A DNA stretch of 64,000 nucleotides. It comes from Bilabrum cf. latius. Taxonomy: Eukaryota. A program made the position numbers and the translations under genes. Each line of letters opens with the position of its first letter. Position 1 is the first letter of the stretch. The stretch covers positions 1,054,001-1,118,000 of the forward strand of contig OZ237739.1 in NCBI GenBank assembly GCA_965178125.1, given 5' to 3'. The notes beneath the pieces were generated by a model. The model saw only the letters and a list, made by a program, of their open reading frames with translations, was not told the origin of the DNA and ran no database searches. Shown here piece after piece: positions 26,801 to 38,412 of this stretch.

Positions 26801-27336
26801 AGCACATCGACCCTGCTCCTGTCTGCCCTGCCTACAGTCGAATCCTAGGCAATATGAAATAGGCCATTCAACGACATGTCTTGGATCGTGCTAGCCAGCG
26901 GGCTAGGGAGGCCGCTGCTGGCAGGAAAGGCAGCTGTGGTGACTCGGACAGCAAGGCAGCGCTGAGCTGTCTGTGCCTGGATCGCTGCCGTGCACTGCAT
27001 CGGCAGGTGGGCCGCGACTAGTGCCACTGCAGACAGCAAATCTTTACACAGGTTACGCCTGACAGTTCCTACGTCGCGCCTCCTTCTGTTTGAAGCGTTG
27101 ATGGCAGTGCCGAACGCCACCGGGCGGATGTTCGCAGAATCTATGATGGCCTTCGATTCGACAGCGCTGCTGTGAAGCAATTCACGCCCCCGGCGCATAT
27201 ACCAGAAGCATAAAGCTACTTGACACAGCAGAAAGTGGTCGGACGCGAGCCAGAATCCAAGTATCCTAGGTATATCGTCAACCTAGCCGGCATTGACCGC
27301 CCGGGTAAGCCTCAATATGGCATGCTGCAACACCAT
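23842..27336 (-). CDS. Hypothetical multi-pass membrane protein, ~1160 aa, start uncertain
   Basis: One frame open from 27570 to 23842 with about 12 TAGs and no TAA/TGA; hydrophobic cluster at 24850-25830; ends TGA. Confidence 0.55.
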
Positions 27337-28045
27337 CGTTCGACGAACCCCAGTTGGAAACACATGTACACAACCTGATAGACCGTGGATCCAAGCAGGC
27401 TCGCATACGCTAGAGCGGGAAAGCGAATGGGCAGCCGAACAAGTGCTGCTCAGCCGAGTTGCATCTGACACAGACAGTGATGAAACGATTCTTGCGAATA
27501 TTACTGCAGTTAGAATGGTCCAATAAAAACAACTAGCGGGCAAAATCCGTTGGAGAACTTTTCGGTTGGCTCAACGCTTGCAAACGTTGCTCACTTGGCT
27601 ACCCCCTCAGTATCTTCTCCATCTAGTGCCCTTGCTAGACGGGAAAATTGCACCCTGTTGCCTGCATGAAGACAAATAGAGCTACTTACTAAAGATGGGG
27701 CTTTTCATATAGCTCAGTGGCAGCAAACATCTACAAAAACGCACGTGGGGATTCGCACACAGGTTTGGCCTCACGTCAATAATGGTACAATGGAGACAAA
27801 CGGACAAAGTTACAAGGACAGACGAGTTAATTCATGAAATATTAATAGTTCGAGCAAGGTATCTAGCCAAACGATTGCTTCATGTGCCGGCATTTCCTGC
27901 AGTTAACTTATCCGATTCGTATACCAATATCAACACTGTATAATTGATTCAAGGGTGGCAACACCAAATCAGAAATCGCCGTTCTTGGAGCTCCCACAGC
28001 CTCCACTGCAGTGTTTTTGGGCTTAAACTAATAGTATTAGATACA

Positions 28046-31000
28046 ATGTCCGGATGGGGGAATGATTCTAGCGTGAGAAGGTCTTTTTGTTCCATGTGTG
28101 TGCATTGTGGCTTGCACGTGATTCTCTCATCCTCCTGCCTACGTTCCTGCTCAACTACATATGTTTGGAGATGCTTATGTATCTTTCTAGTAATAGTTAC
28201 TGCTATGATGTGGATTTAGGGATGGGTGTGCTCGGTTTCGCTCGTGCCGCAACATTGTTGCCATTGCATATCCTGTCGTGCAAAATGAATCGCAGTACGG
28301 AGGCGGCGGCGATGGCTGGGGTAATAGCGGCGGTGGTGGCACGTCTGGTGGATGGGGCAACCAAGGAGGCGGTGCTGGTGATGCTTGGGGCAACTAGGGG
28401 GGCGGCGGGCAGTCCGGCGGTTGGGGCAACAGTGGTGGCGGCAACAGCGGCGGCAGCGGCGGTGGGTGGGGCAACTAGGGGGGTGGTGGTGGCACGTCTG
28501 GTGGATGGGGCAACCAAGGAGGCGGTGCTGGTGATGCTTGGGGCAACTAGGGGGGCGGCGGGCAGTCCGGCGGCTGGGGCAACAGTGGTGGCGGCAACAG
28601 CGGCGGCGATGGTGGGTGGGGCAACTAGGGGGGTGGTGGTGGCACGTCTGGTGGATGGGGCAACCAAGGAGGCGGTGCTGGTGATGCTTGGGGCAACTAG
28701 GGGGGCGGCGGGCAGTCCGGTGGCTGGGGCAACAGTGGTGGCGGCAACAGCGGCGGCAGCGGCGGCGGCTGGGGCAACTAGGGGGGCGGTGGAGGCAGCG
28801 GCGGTGGCACATGGCAGAGCAACTTTCCCATCGGCACACAGCGAATCCAGCCGGAGGCATCGAGACACGATCAGAAGAGCAGGCGCGGAAAGGTCACGAG
28901 CAGCTTCATCCACAGCTGCTCGGCCATGCGCGCCTATGCTGCCAAGTCTGTGGACGAGCTCAGGCTGGAGGACTACGTCAACGGGAAAAGGACCAACCCG
29001 GCGGTACTCGTGCATGGGCATGCGGGCGTGCTGCCCGGCATGCCACCGCCTCAACAGGGAGGGGGTGGTGGTGGTGGTGGGTGGGGCTCCAGTGGTGGGG
29101 GCGCGCAGTCTGGTGGCTGGGGCAACGGTGGAGGAGGCAACAGCGGCGGCGGTGGCTGGGGCGACTCGGGGGGTGGGTAGTCGGGCGGTTGGGGCAACTA
29201 GGGGGGTGGCGGGCAGTCCGGCGGATGGGGTAATTCTGGGGGCGGGCAGTCTGGTGGCTGGGGCAACGGTGGAGCAGGCAACAGCGGCGGCGGTGGCTGG
29301 GGCGACTCGGGGGGTGGGTAGTCGGGCGGTTGGGGCAACTAGGGGGGCGGCGGGCAGTCCGGCGGATGGGGTAATTCTGGGGGCGGGCAGTCTGGTGGCT
29401 GGGGCAACGGTGGAGGAGGCAACAGCGGCGGCGGTGGCTGGGGCGACTCGGGGGGTGGGTAGTCGGGCGGTTGGGGCAACTAGGGGGGCGGCGGGCAGTC
29501 CGGCGGATGGGGTAATTCTGGGGGCGGGCAGTCTGGTGGCTGGGGCAACGGTGGAGGAGGCAACAGCGGCGGTGGAGGCTGGGGCTCTTCTGGCGGTGGT
29601 GGATCGTCTGGAGGATGGGGCAGCAGCGGTGGAGGTGATGGTGGTTGGGGATCTTCTGGCGGCAATAGCGGTGGTGGCTGGGGCTCGTCTGGCGGAGGTG
29701 GGTCATCGGGCGGATGGGGCGACTCTGGCGGCGGCTGGGGATCTTCTGGCGGTGGTGGATCGTCTGGAGGATGGGGCAGCAGCGGTGGAGGCTGGGGCTC
29801 GTCTGGTGGTGGCGGGTCATCCGGAGGATGGGGCTCGTCTGGCGGCAGTGGTTCGTCCGGTGGTTGGGGCAGCAGCGGCGGGGGCTGGGGCAGCAGCGGC
29901 GGTGGGAATCAGGGCAACGGCTAGAATAACAGCATGGCGGTGTACGGTCCCGCTGTGGTGGACCAGTCGGAGGGCTACAACGAGCGGCTGCGGACCATGG
30001 TGGCGCGAGCGACTCTAGAAGGTGCAGAGGCCTCCATGCAACAGGAGAAGTCTGCGATCGAGAGGGAGCGCAAGAACATGAAGGACCTGGTCAATGCCAG
30101 GGTTCAGAGGATCCGACCGGCCCCGGGACTGGCGCTCACTGGCGGGATTGCCGGTGGGGGCGTTGCCTCACGCCCGCGAGCCACTGCCCTGATGTCCGGC
30201 TCGTCCAACGCGGCCCTCGTGGGTACGAGCGGCAGCAGCATAGCGGGCAGTCGCCTTGGCACTCCGTCCGGGAGGGCATCTTTGGTGCTTGGTGCCGCCA
30301 CGATGGCCAGCGGCATGATGGGGATGGGCCGGTCGGGTTCCATCGGGGGCGCCTCGTTCGTCTCGGGTATGTCTGGGTACTCAGGGTCTGCGTCCGTGGG
30401 AGGGTCTGGGCTCCGGGCGCGGCTAGCCGCGTCTGCTCTGTCGGGCGGGCGCCTCTCGCACGCCGGCGGGGGCAGCATGGCGGGCAGGGAACGGATCAAG
30501 GCGCTTCTGCGGGACTCGGCGCGGTCCAGCTCTGCCTCCTAGAGGGGTGCGCTTGGGCAGGACCTGTACAGGCAGGAACCGAAAGACTACTCTGACGACG
30601 AAGACGACGGGTAGGATGGGCGAGGGGCGTCCCAGATGCATGGTTCCTAGTCCGCCATGCCGAGAATGGCCTCATCGCAACCAGCCGCGGCCATCCCGCC
30701 CAGGTCGGTGCGGGGTGCCGCGGCCAGGGCACTGGTCATCGGCAATGCGATGGTGCCGGGGGATGACGGCCGCATCGAGGCGCAGGTAGCCTGGGTGCCG
30801 GAGCGGGTGGACCCCCTGGATTCGACGCTGCTGGAGGCACCCGTGGCCAGGACGGGGTTCTCTCGAGTCCTCGTCGTGATGGCCACCTCGGCAGGTGTCT
30901 CTGCGGAGAGCAGGAAGGCCGCCCTGGGCCAGGCAGCCGTTCGGACGGACGCGATCGTGGACGCTACCCTCCGGCACGAGCGCCAGGAGCTGGAGGAGGT

Positions 31001-32294
31001 GGCCAGGACGCACGCCGGCGTGCCCTCGGCCAACACGCTCACCGACCCGGGCATGCTTGGAGGCGCGGGCAGGGCTTCTTTCGCTCGGCCCGGCCACCTG
31101 CTGGCCTGGGTGGTGGTACCCACCGCCGGTTTGACCACGTCTCACGTCCTGGACGCAGCGGCCAAAGCCAGGGACGCGTGGTCCATCGTCCCCGCCAAGT
31201 CGGACGACGGCTTCACGGATCTCCCTGACGACGACGAGGCAGACGCTCTGGAGGACGGCACAGACCCAGCTGCTGCTGCTGCTGCTGCTGCTGCCGGGGA
31301 TGAGGAGGAGTCCAAGCACGGCGACTCTGCGCGCCCCGGTGCCTCCAAGAGGCCCAGGCCGAGCATCATGCTGCCCTGCCAGATGCTGTGCCCGCTGACT
31401 TCGAGGGAGCTGCAGGCGGCCTCGGACAGCATGGTGCACGTGAGGCCAGCCAGCCGAGCGGTGCTGCTGCCGCGAGGGGAAGCTCTGCACGGGCACGGGG
31501 TTCGCGACGGGGACTGCGTGGAGGTCGTGTGCGACGTGAGGGGCAGGCCAGCATACGAATACGAGCCTGTGCGCGCCGACGTGGCTGCACGCAGGGAGCA
31601 AGAGGCGGCTGCGAAGCAAGCGGCAGCGTCAAGGGGCGCCGGGTCATCGTCCAAGCGAGCGGGGGCCGCAGGGAGCGAGAGCAAATCCGGCGAAGCGGAC
31701 ACAGGGCCAGGCTCAGCTGCTGCCACGCGAGCCGATGCCGGGGCCCGGGGACCCTCCCGCCAGGTATCAGCGGCAGAGAAAGCCCTTAGGGCTGAGATGC
31801 TGCGGGACGAGGCATGGTACGAGCAGCAGCGCGCCTCTAGGCACGGCAGGAGGCTGCCCCGGCTGCCCTCCGTGAACGATGGGTTCTTCGTGCAGCCGGG
31901 GCACAGGGCCCTGGCGGCCATGACCGAGGAGCAGCTCTCGAGGGTGGAGGGCTTCAGCGTGGGGGTGCCCGGGATCGGCGAGCTCAAGTGCCTGGCTCCC
32001 GTGGACTTGAGGGGAGAGGACGTTGCCGCCATGCTCGTGTTCGAACAGGACACGGTGGAGGTGCGAAGGTTCCTTGAGGGTTCGGAGCAGGGCAGCAACC
32101 GGCTGCCCGATGTTCCCGCGGTGGTGTCGATGCAGCTGTTCGGCGACGGGAAGCTGCTCGGCCCGTCCCAGATGGAGGAGGTCGAGAGGGCCCTGCGGCA
32201 GGACGACGGGGCAGCCTCGGGGCAGCCGAAGCGGTTCCGCGATTTCTCCAAGGAATCCGGGGTGTATTCGTTCACGGTGGAGCGATGGGCCTGA
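28046..32294 (+). CDS. NUP98: Nucleoporin Nup98-like (WG repeats, GLEBS, peptidase S59-like domain); join(28046..28072,28296..32294)
   Basis: GLEBS-like CSAMRAYAAKSVDELRLEDY; C-terminal LSRVEGFSVGVPGIGELKCLAPVDLRG..GVYSFTVERWA; about 16 in-frame TAGs; ends TGA. Confidence 0.8.
28296..29910 (+). repeat. Coding minisatellite encoding GGWG/WGN repeats (units of ~150 nt and 141 nt)
   Basis: Recurring anchors at 28395/28548/28698 and at 29178/29319/29460. Confidence 0.9.
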
Positions 32295-32413
32295 TGTGGC
32301 GTTGGTGGGCAAGTTTCGTCGCGCTTGCAATTGCGCGCAGTTTCACGCAATGCTGAAAATCCGATATCTTCTGGATCGCTTCATGCAGTTGCAGTAGTAG
32401 CTCTCGAGCATCA

Positions 32414-35400
32414 ATGAGGTTTCTTTATCCCGCAGGTTTCGTATTATGCCTGCATATCATGCATGTCGTAGGATACTCGATGGGTTGGCAGCCCCAGCCG
32501 CGGCAGGATGCCGTCGTTTCATGGCCGGTGACGGGAGATGAATTCGAGTACAGAGTCACAGTGATAAGCGATGCAGTGTTTCGCATCGAGCTCATCAGTT
32601 CGGGATCCGATGGTGACGACAGGCCCACATTGCGCGTCAAGAATCGCGATTTGGGCGCGACACCGACGTATACGACTACGCCCGATGGCAACGGGGCGAT
32701 CACTGTTTCGACCGCCCGAGCATCGATTCGAATCGACGGAAGCAAGCCAATTCCCAGCTCTTGCGCCAAAACCACGGATGGAATCGATCAGGTAGGAGGG
32801 CAGCGCGTGCCATCGTATCCCCAGGGTCTGCCGAATGTATCTTTGGAGCAGTGCTGCGCTGCCTGCGATAACGCGACAGGCTGCACCACGTTCGTCTGGG
32901 CGAGCGACTCCAAGATGTGCTACTTGATGAAAGGTGTTCAATCCACAAAGTCGGCCTCGAACCGAACGCTGGGAAGCAGGGTTCCGACCGGCTCGGCGTC
33001 CGGGAGCAGCTGCCTGCCGGCTGGGTCCGTAACAGCGACGTTCCAGCTCGTTGCCGGGCCGCCGCTGCCCCCTGCAAATTGGACCGGCAAGTGGACCGAC
33101 GCTTCGTCTGCAGCGGGCAACCTGGGCGGCGTCTGGGAGAAGCTGGACTGCTACAGCAACCCCAGCGAGTGCTTCGACACGTACGTGGCGGGCGAGCACA
33201 CTGGCATCTTGTCCAGGGACGGTTGGGCCGTGCTGGACGAGACGACGACGGCGCGGCTCTCTGGTACGCAGTCCGACGATGGCGTGTTTGGGCCCTGGTG
33301 GGCGGTAACGTCGACGGATCCTCCTATCGCAGCTTCTACCGACGTGTGCGACGTGCTGGTCTTGCTGGAGGGCAGAGACTACGCCACTGCGGCGCGCGAC
33401 TGGCAAGAGGTCAGCGGCCCCATCCAGCTGCTGGACGAGGAAATGTATGACGTGTGGTGGAGCAGGCACGACCCGTGGAACGCGAGCTAGCTGCACGACT
33501 TGCTGCAAGGGTACGCCGATAACAACCTCCCCATGCGAACCATTAGCATCGACATGCAGTGGCACACGCTGGGGTACATGGACAACCCGCCGAACGTGAA
33601 CGGGCCCGGAGACACTTGCACCATCGATGATGATGATGGGGTGCCTGCGCTGCAGAGCCACGGCGCATCGTCACGCAATCGCCTAGACAGCGTCCACCGC
33701 AGCATCGGCGGCAGTACCGAGCTCACAGTTGGCGACACCAAGTGCAAGGGCTGGGGCGGGTTCGACTGGAACACCACCGCCTATCCCAATCCCAAGGACT
33801 TCGTGGACAGCTATTTCCACAGCCCAACTGGGAATCCGCTCAAGAACCCCATCAACGTGCTGCTCAACGTTCACCCGCAGGACGGGATCGACCACTGCCA
33901 GGCCAAGTACCCAGAGTTCGCCGCATTCACCGGTGTGGACCCGGCCTCGAACGAGACCATCACGATGGACAACGGAAACCGAACTCTGATGCTGAAATTC
34001 TTCACCGACTACCTCGGTGCAGACCCCCTCTCTGCGGTCGATGCATGGTGGACGGACTACTACGGCTCCAAGGGCCCCAACGACCCGAGGCAGTCGAGCT
34101 CGCAGCTGCTGTGGTCCAACTACATGTATGGCACGTCATAGCTGGTGCAAAGGGGCAGGCGACCCATGGTGCTCACCAGGAGGGGAGGCCTGGGTGACCA
34201 CGCGTTCTCGCCCGCCTTTAGTGGCGACGTGTTCCAATCGTGGGACATCCTGACCTATGAGGTGAATTTCACCGCCAGGGCTGCTTCGGGCGCTCTGCAA
34301 GCGTGGTCGCACGACATCGGTGGATTCCATCGTTTTGGAAGCACGCCCGGAGCCTGCGTGCGCGGCGATGGCAACGTGACCGATCCGCTGGCAGCCGAGC
34401 TCTATATGCGCTGGATCCAAGCCGCCGTGTTCTGGCCGCACATGCGAACCCACTGCCGATTCTGCGAGAGAAGAGTGTGGATGTTCACGGGCTTCGCGGG
34501 TGCCATGGGGGACGCATTCCGCCTGAGGCATGCCATGGTGCCGCACCTCTACAGCGCCATCGCTACCGCGGCCGAGACCTCTGCCCCGTACCCCATTCGC
34601 AGCCTATTCGTGGACTACCCCGAGGAGCCGCTCGCCATGTAGTTTGCAGACACTCAGTTCATCTACTGCGACAACATTACGGTGGCACCGATCGCCAGGC
34701 CTGGTCTTGTATCCACAGATGCCGATGAGGCCATGGGCACTAGCAGTGCCATCACCGCTTCGGCATCGAATGTCACAGCGCCTTTGGCCATGACGCAGCA
34801 GCTGTTCGTCCCACCTGGGGAGTGGGTGACGTGGGAGGCGGCGCGGGCGTTCAGGGGACCCTCCACTGCCACGCTTGAGCTAAGCTCGGTGGCCTCCCTG
34901 CCAGCACTGGTCAAAGGCGGGTCCGTGGTGTTCACGCGACCGTGGAACGCCTCCAGCGCAGAACCGATGGTAAAGCGACCGCTGACTGCTGTGGTATTTC
35001 CGTCGTCCACGTGGATGTCGACGTCGGGCGCATCGCACGGTCGCGCGGCAGACGGCATGGTTCGCATGGACAGCAGGCGGGTGGAGCTTTATGAGGACGA
35101 CGGCAAGTCGGCTCCGGCGTCAGGCACGGTGGGCGCTCCGCTTCGGGCTCGGCAGCTGGCCGGTGGATTTAGGGCGTCTTGCCGCACGCCGGTGGCGTAC
35201 GCGGTGGTCCGCTCTGCCGAGACCGGCAGGGTGTCCATCCGAGGCACAGTGGGACCGTCGATCGGAGCAGCTTGCAGCCCTGTGGGTACTACTCGCGCTG
35301 TCAGGGTGGAGCTGCGTGGGGCTGGCATTCGAGATGGTCCGCTGGGGCAGGCCCGGGGACTGTTGGGACTGGCTGAGCCAGCGGATGGCCTGTGCCCTTC

Positions 35401-35491
35401 CTGCCGACCAGGCGGCACAGTGCTTCTGCTCGATGCAGAGGCAGATACGTCCGTTCCCGGTGGCGTCAAGTTTGAAATGCCACTGAACTGA
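32414..35491 (+). CDS. Secreted glycoside hydrolase family 31 with inserted PAN/Apple domain, ~1025 aa
   Basis: Hydrophobic N-terminus; CCAACDNATGCTTFVW..CYL (PAN); WWSRH, IDMQWH, LNVHP, VDAWWTDY, FSGD, WSHDIGGF, ELYMRWIQ; TAG at 33488, 34139, 34640; ends TGA. Confidence 0.9.
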
Positions 35492-35681
35492 AGCTCATTC
35501 ATGCTCATGATCCCGGATCATTGATCCGATCCGATGGCGCGTGCGTTCATCACATCATGGCACCTTGCCACCGTCGCTCCGGCAAGAATCGATACAGATT
35601 CACGTTCACGATGTCTCCGTTTCCAAGAAAGTGGCTATGATTCCAAGAAGCACCTACCGGTTCTCAAGACTGTCGCTTGGC

Positions 35682-36758
35682 ATGTTCCGTGTGGCAATCT
35701 CTTCTGTGCGTTCGAGAGCTCCCGCTGTCGACGCCACGCAAGGCGCTAGGTGGCTCGTGGGGCGCCCAAGCTTGCCCTCAGGCTGCAGCACACCTTCAAA
35801 AGCAGTTCCAAGGAGCGTGAAGCCGGATAAAAGGAAGCAGTAGCCTGATGAGCAAGGCATAAGCTCCTTGCTAGCGGCTGTGGTCGGTCTCGTCTTCCTC
35901 AAGAGCTACGTCTTTGATTTTCACGATACGATGGGGCCATCCATGCTGCCAACCATCATGATAGCTGACGATGTTGTAGCTATTGACAATATATCCGTGC
36001 AGCTGCCAGGCGGTAAGAGCAAAATTAGGAGGAACGAAGTCGTGATTGCGTGCAAGCCGTCTGGAGACACCAAATCTTCGACCGTGTGCAAAAGGGCGAT
36101 CGCTTTTGAAGGGGATGTAGTTGTTACCCGTATGGGCATTGCGACCCGCATTCCTCCCGGCCATGTGTGGCTGGAGGGAGACAACCCCGAGAATTCCAAG
36201 GACTCCAGGCACTACGGGCCTGTCCCTCTGGCGGCAATTCAAGGGAGGGTCGTCGGCATCGTGTCGCCGCCTTGGCGCGCCCAATGGATCGAGCCAACAA
36301 AGGAAAGACCCGCCGTATCCAAGTGGCCGGGCTCCGGGAAGGCGGTGCGGGTGTTTCGAGCCGAGGAGTGGGAGCAGGTCGCCGTCCTGGAGCACTTGCT
36401 CTCCGGTCTCGCGGCCCTCGACATGTTCGAGAGGGTGAGGGAGGGATACGATGAAATGGAGAGGGAGCGTGCTAGGAGGAAGGAAGCAGGCGAGGCTTTG
36501 CAAGCCGCACCATCGGATGACAAGGTGCTACACAATGAGGGAAAGCGAGAGGAGGGTGAGGGCGCGGGCCAGCCATGGACGGCCGGTGCCGAGCAGGCCC
36601 ACCTCCGGCAGATGAGGAGGAGGGACGCGCTCGCCCGGGCGATCTGCAGGGAGGTGCTCAGCGGTGACACTATTGGCGGGTCCGCCGGGGCATTGGCGAG
36701 ACGGACCACCTGGGGTGGGGCAGAGACTGCCAGTGGCACGGTCGATGGGCGGCAATGA
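35682..36758 (+). CDS. IMP1: Mitochondrial inner membrane peptidase subunit 1-like (S26)
   Basis: GPSMLPT, VCKRAIAFEGD, IPPGHVWLEGDNPENSKDSRHYGPVP; ATG 35682 joined through TAG at 35841; ends TGA. Confidence 0.85.
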
Positions 36759-37141
36759 AAAATGAGTCGTCTTGGCCTATACACAATCCATGGAGCTCCA
36801 AATCAATTCACTATCGCGACTCGGAAGCAGCCTCGTCTGCTATCAACTTCTGCAAAGAACTTGCCGATGCTATCTCGCTACCGGCCATGCTACCGACGAT
36901 GGCACCGTCGCTCCCGTGCGCCGCTACGGTACAATGATCGGCGTCGTCATTCGTGCGAATCGTGACCTACAAGTCTGGATTGAAAAACTTAATCGCTGGC
37001 AACTGCTACCGCACGAATTCATCCACAATGCTTTGTTCGCTCGCCTTCTTTAGGGGGTACTCTATAGCAACCGATGCCACCCCCTCTTTGGACACTAGTG
37101 GCGATCCAGACTAGAATTGGAAGGTTCCGAGCACAGCTTTC

Positions 37142-38212
37142 ATGATCTACCTTTTGTTTACAGCCTTCTTCATGCTTTTTGGGAGCGGCATCGCCTTGAT
37201 ATTGCAAAGAGTTGCAGTCGGCGTGTTCAATAATAAAACAGATCGCAACAAGCTTGAAAATGCATATTTTCGAAGGTTCCGTAGCCGGTAGCGAACTTGC
37301 ACCAGAACGCGCGACAAGCAAAGGTTCCCGTGTCCCATGGCTGCACCTGTCGACCCTGGGGCAATCAAAGAACCTCCCAGAATAACAACATTTGTACCAG
37401 ATGCCTCGCATACCGAAGGCTCGATTCTAAACCCTCGTCCAGGGTTGGCAAAGGATCTGGGTCTTGAGGTCGACATGGAAGGATGGGTGACAAAGGCCAC
37501 TACAGAGAACGGAAAGCCGACTTCTTTCACTTTCTTTTGGCAAAAACGTTATCTAGTACTGTACTCGGCAGAATGCGAGCTGCGCTACTACGCGGGCGTG
37601 CGAGAGTCGCGGTTTGGTAACGTACCTCTGGACGAGCGGGCATGCATCCCGATTGAGAGCATTTCACACATCACTACGCCCCCGAGAGACGACCCTCTTT
37701 CATTTGATAATAAGGCCTTTAACATTCATTTCAAGCGATGGGGCAAAGGAAGGGGGGCAAAGATGCCGAGGGCGCAGTACAAGGACCAGGCGGGCCAGCG
37801 GGACACCGAGCACCCTGGCGTGCTGAGCGTGATCGCCACCGATCCGACCAACAAATTCGAGTGGATCGCTAGAATATCATCTTATTTGCCTGGCGGCAGC
37901 GGACAGGCGTTCCAGGGGCAGGAGGCGAACCAGTTCGGGGCGCCTCAGGGGGGCGGGCTTGGGCGGGGCTCGAGCGGGGTGAGCGCCGGCATGCTGGGTG
38001 CTGGGGGCAGGGCTGGAGCTGGAGCAGGAGCTGGTGCTGGGGCGGCTCCTCTTGGGGCATCTGGCGGGCAGGGGCCAGCAGGCCCCGCGGCCAGTGGGGG
38101 GAGGGCAGGCGGGGACCAAGGCAAGGGCAGCGGGGCTGGTGGGGGCGCTGCTGCTGCTTCTGGCGCTGGGCAGCAAGCTGGCGGGTCAGCGAGTGGAGCT
38201 TCTGGATTGTAA
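37142..38212 (+). CDS. PH-domain protein with probable N-terminal transmembrane helix; start uncertain
   Basis: MEGWVTK..WQKRYLVL..LRYY..EWIARI; upstream MIYLLFTAFFMLFGSGIALIL is in frame through TAG at 37289; ends TAA. Confidence 0.7.
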
Positions 38213-38412
38213 ATATAGCATGTTCTTTTGATTATTTGTGCGTATGCAGCCCCGGTGCACAAGGTCATCATTCGTCACACTTGCTCGACTCTGCCAACAG
38301 TGCAGCCGTTTCACCCACTTGTGCCGGAGGATCACGGAGGCCTGTTCAGGCATTTGCTTTACCTGATCTATAGTTCGGGGCAGGCTATATAGCCGTGCAT
38401 CGCCATTGCGCG

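Noticed and set aside
27570-28045. AT-richer stretch as an inserted virophage or transposon
   Set aside because: It is short, with no terminal repeats or integrase/transposase ORF, and fits a divergent intergenic promoter region.
28296-29910. CRISPR array or telomeric/satellite DNA
   Set aside because: Units are codon-phased degenerate coding repeats with no unique spacers, in a eukaryotic context.
28087-30018. 643-aa Ala/Val/Gly ORF from the track as the real protein
   Set aside because: It is an alternate frame of the GC-rich repeat. The TAG-containing frame carries the GLEBS motif and joins the Nup98 C-terminal domain.
33480-34650. Tiny introns removing the TAGs
   Set aside because: Domain spacing is continuous across the TAGs and no consistent GT donor lies just upstream.
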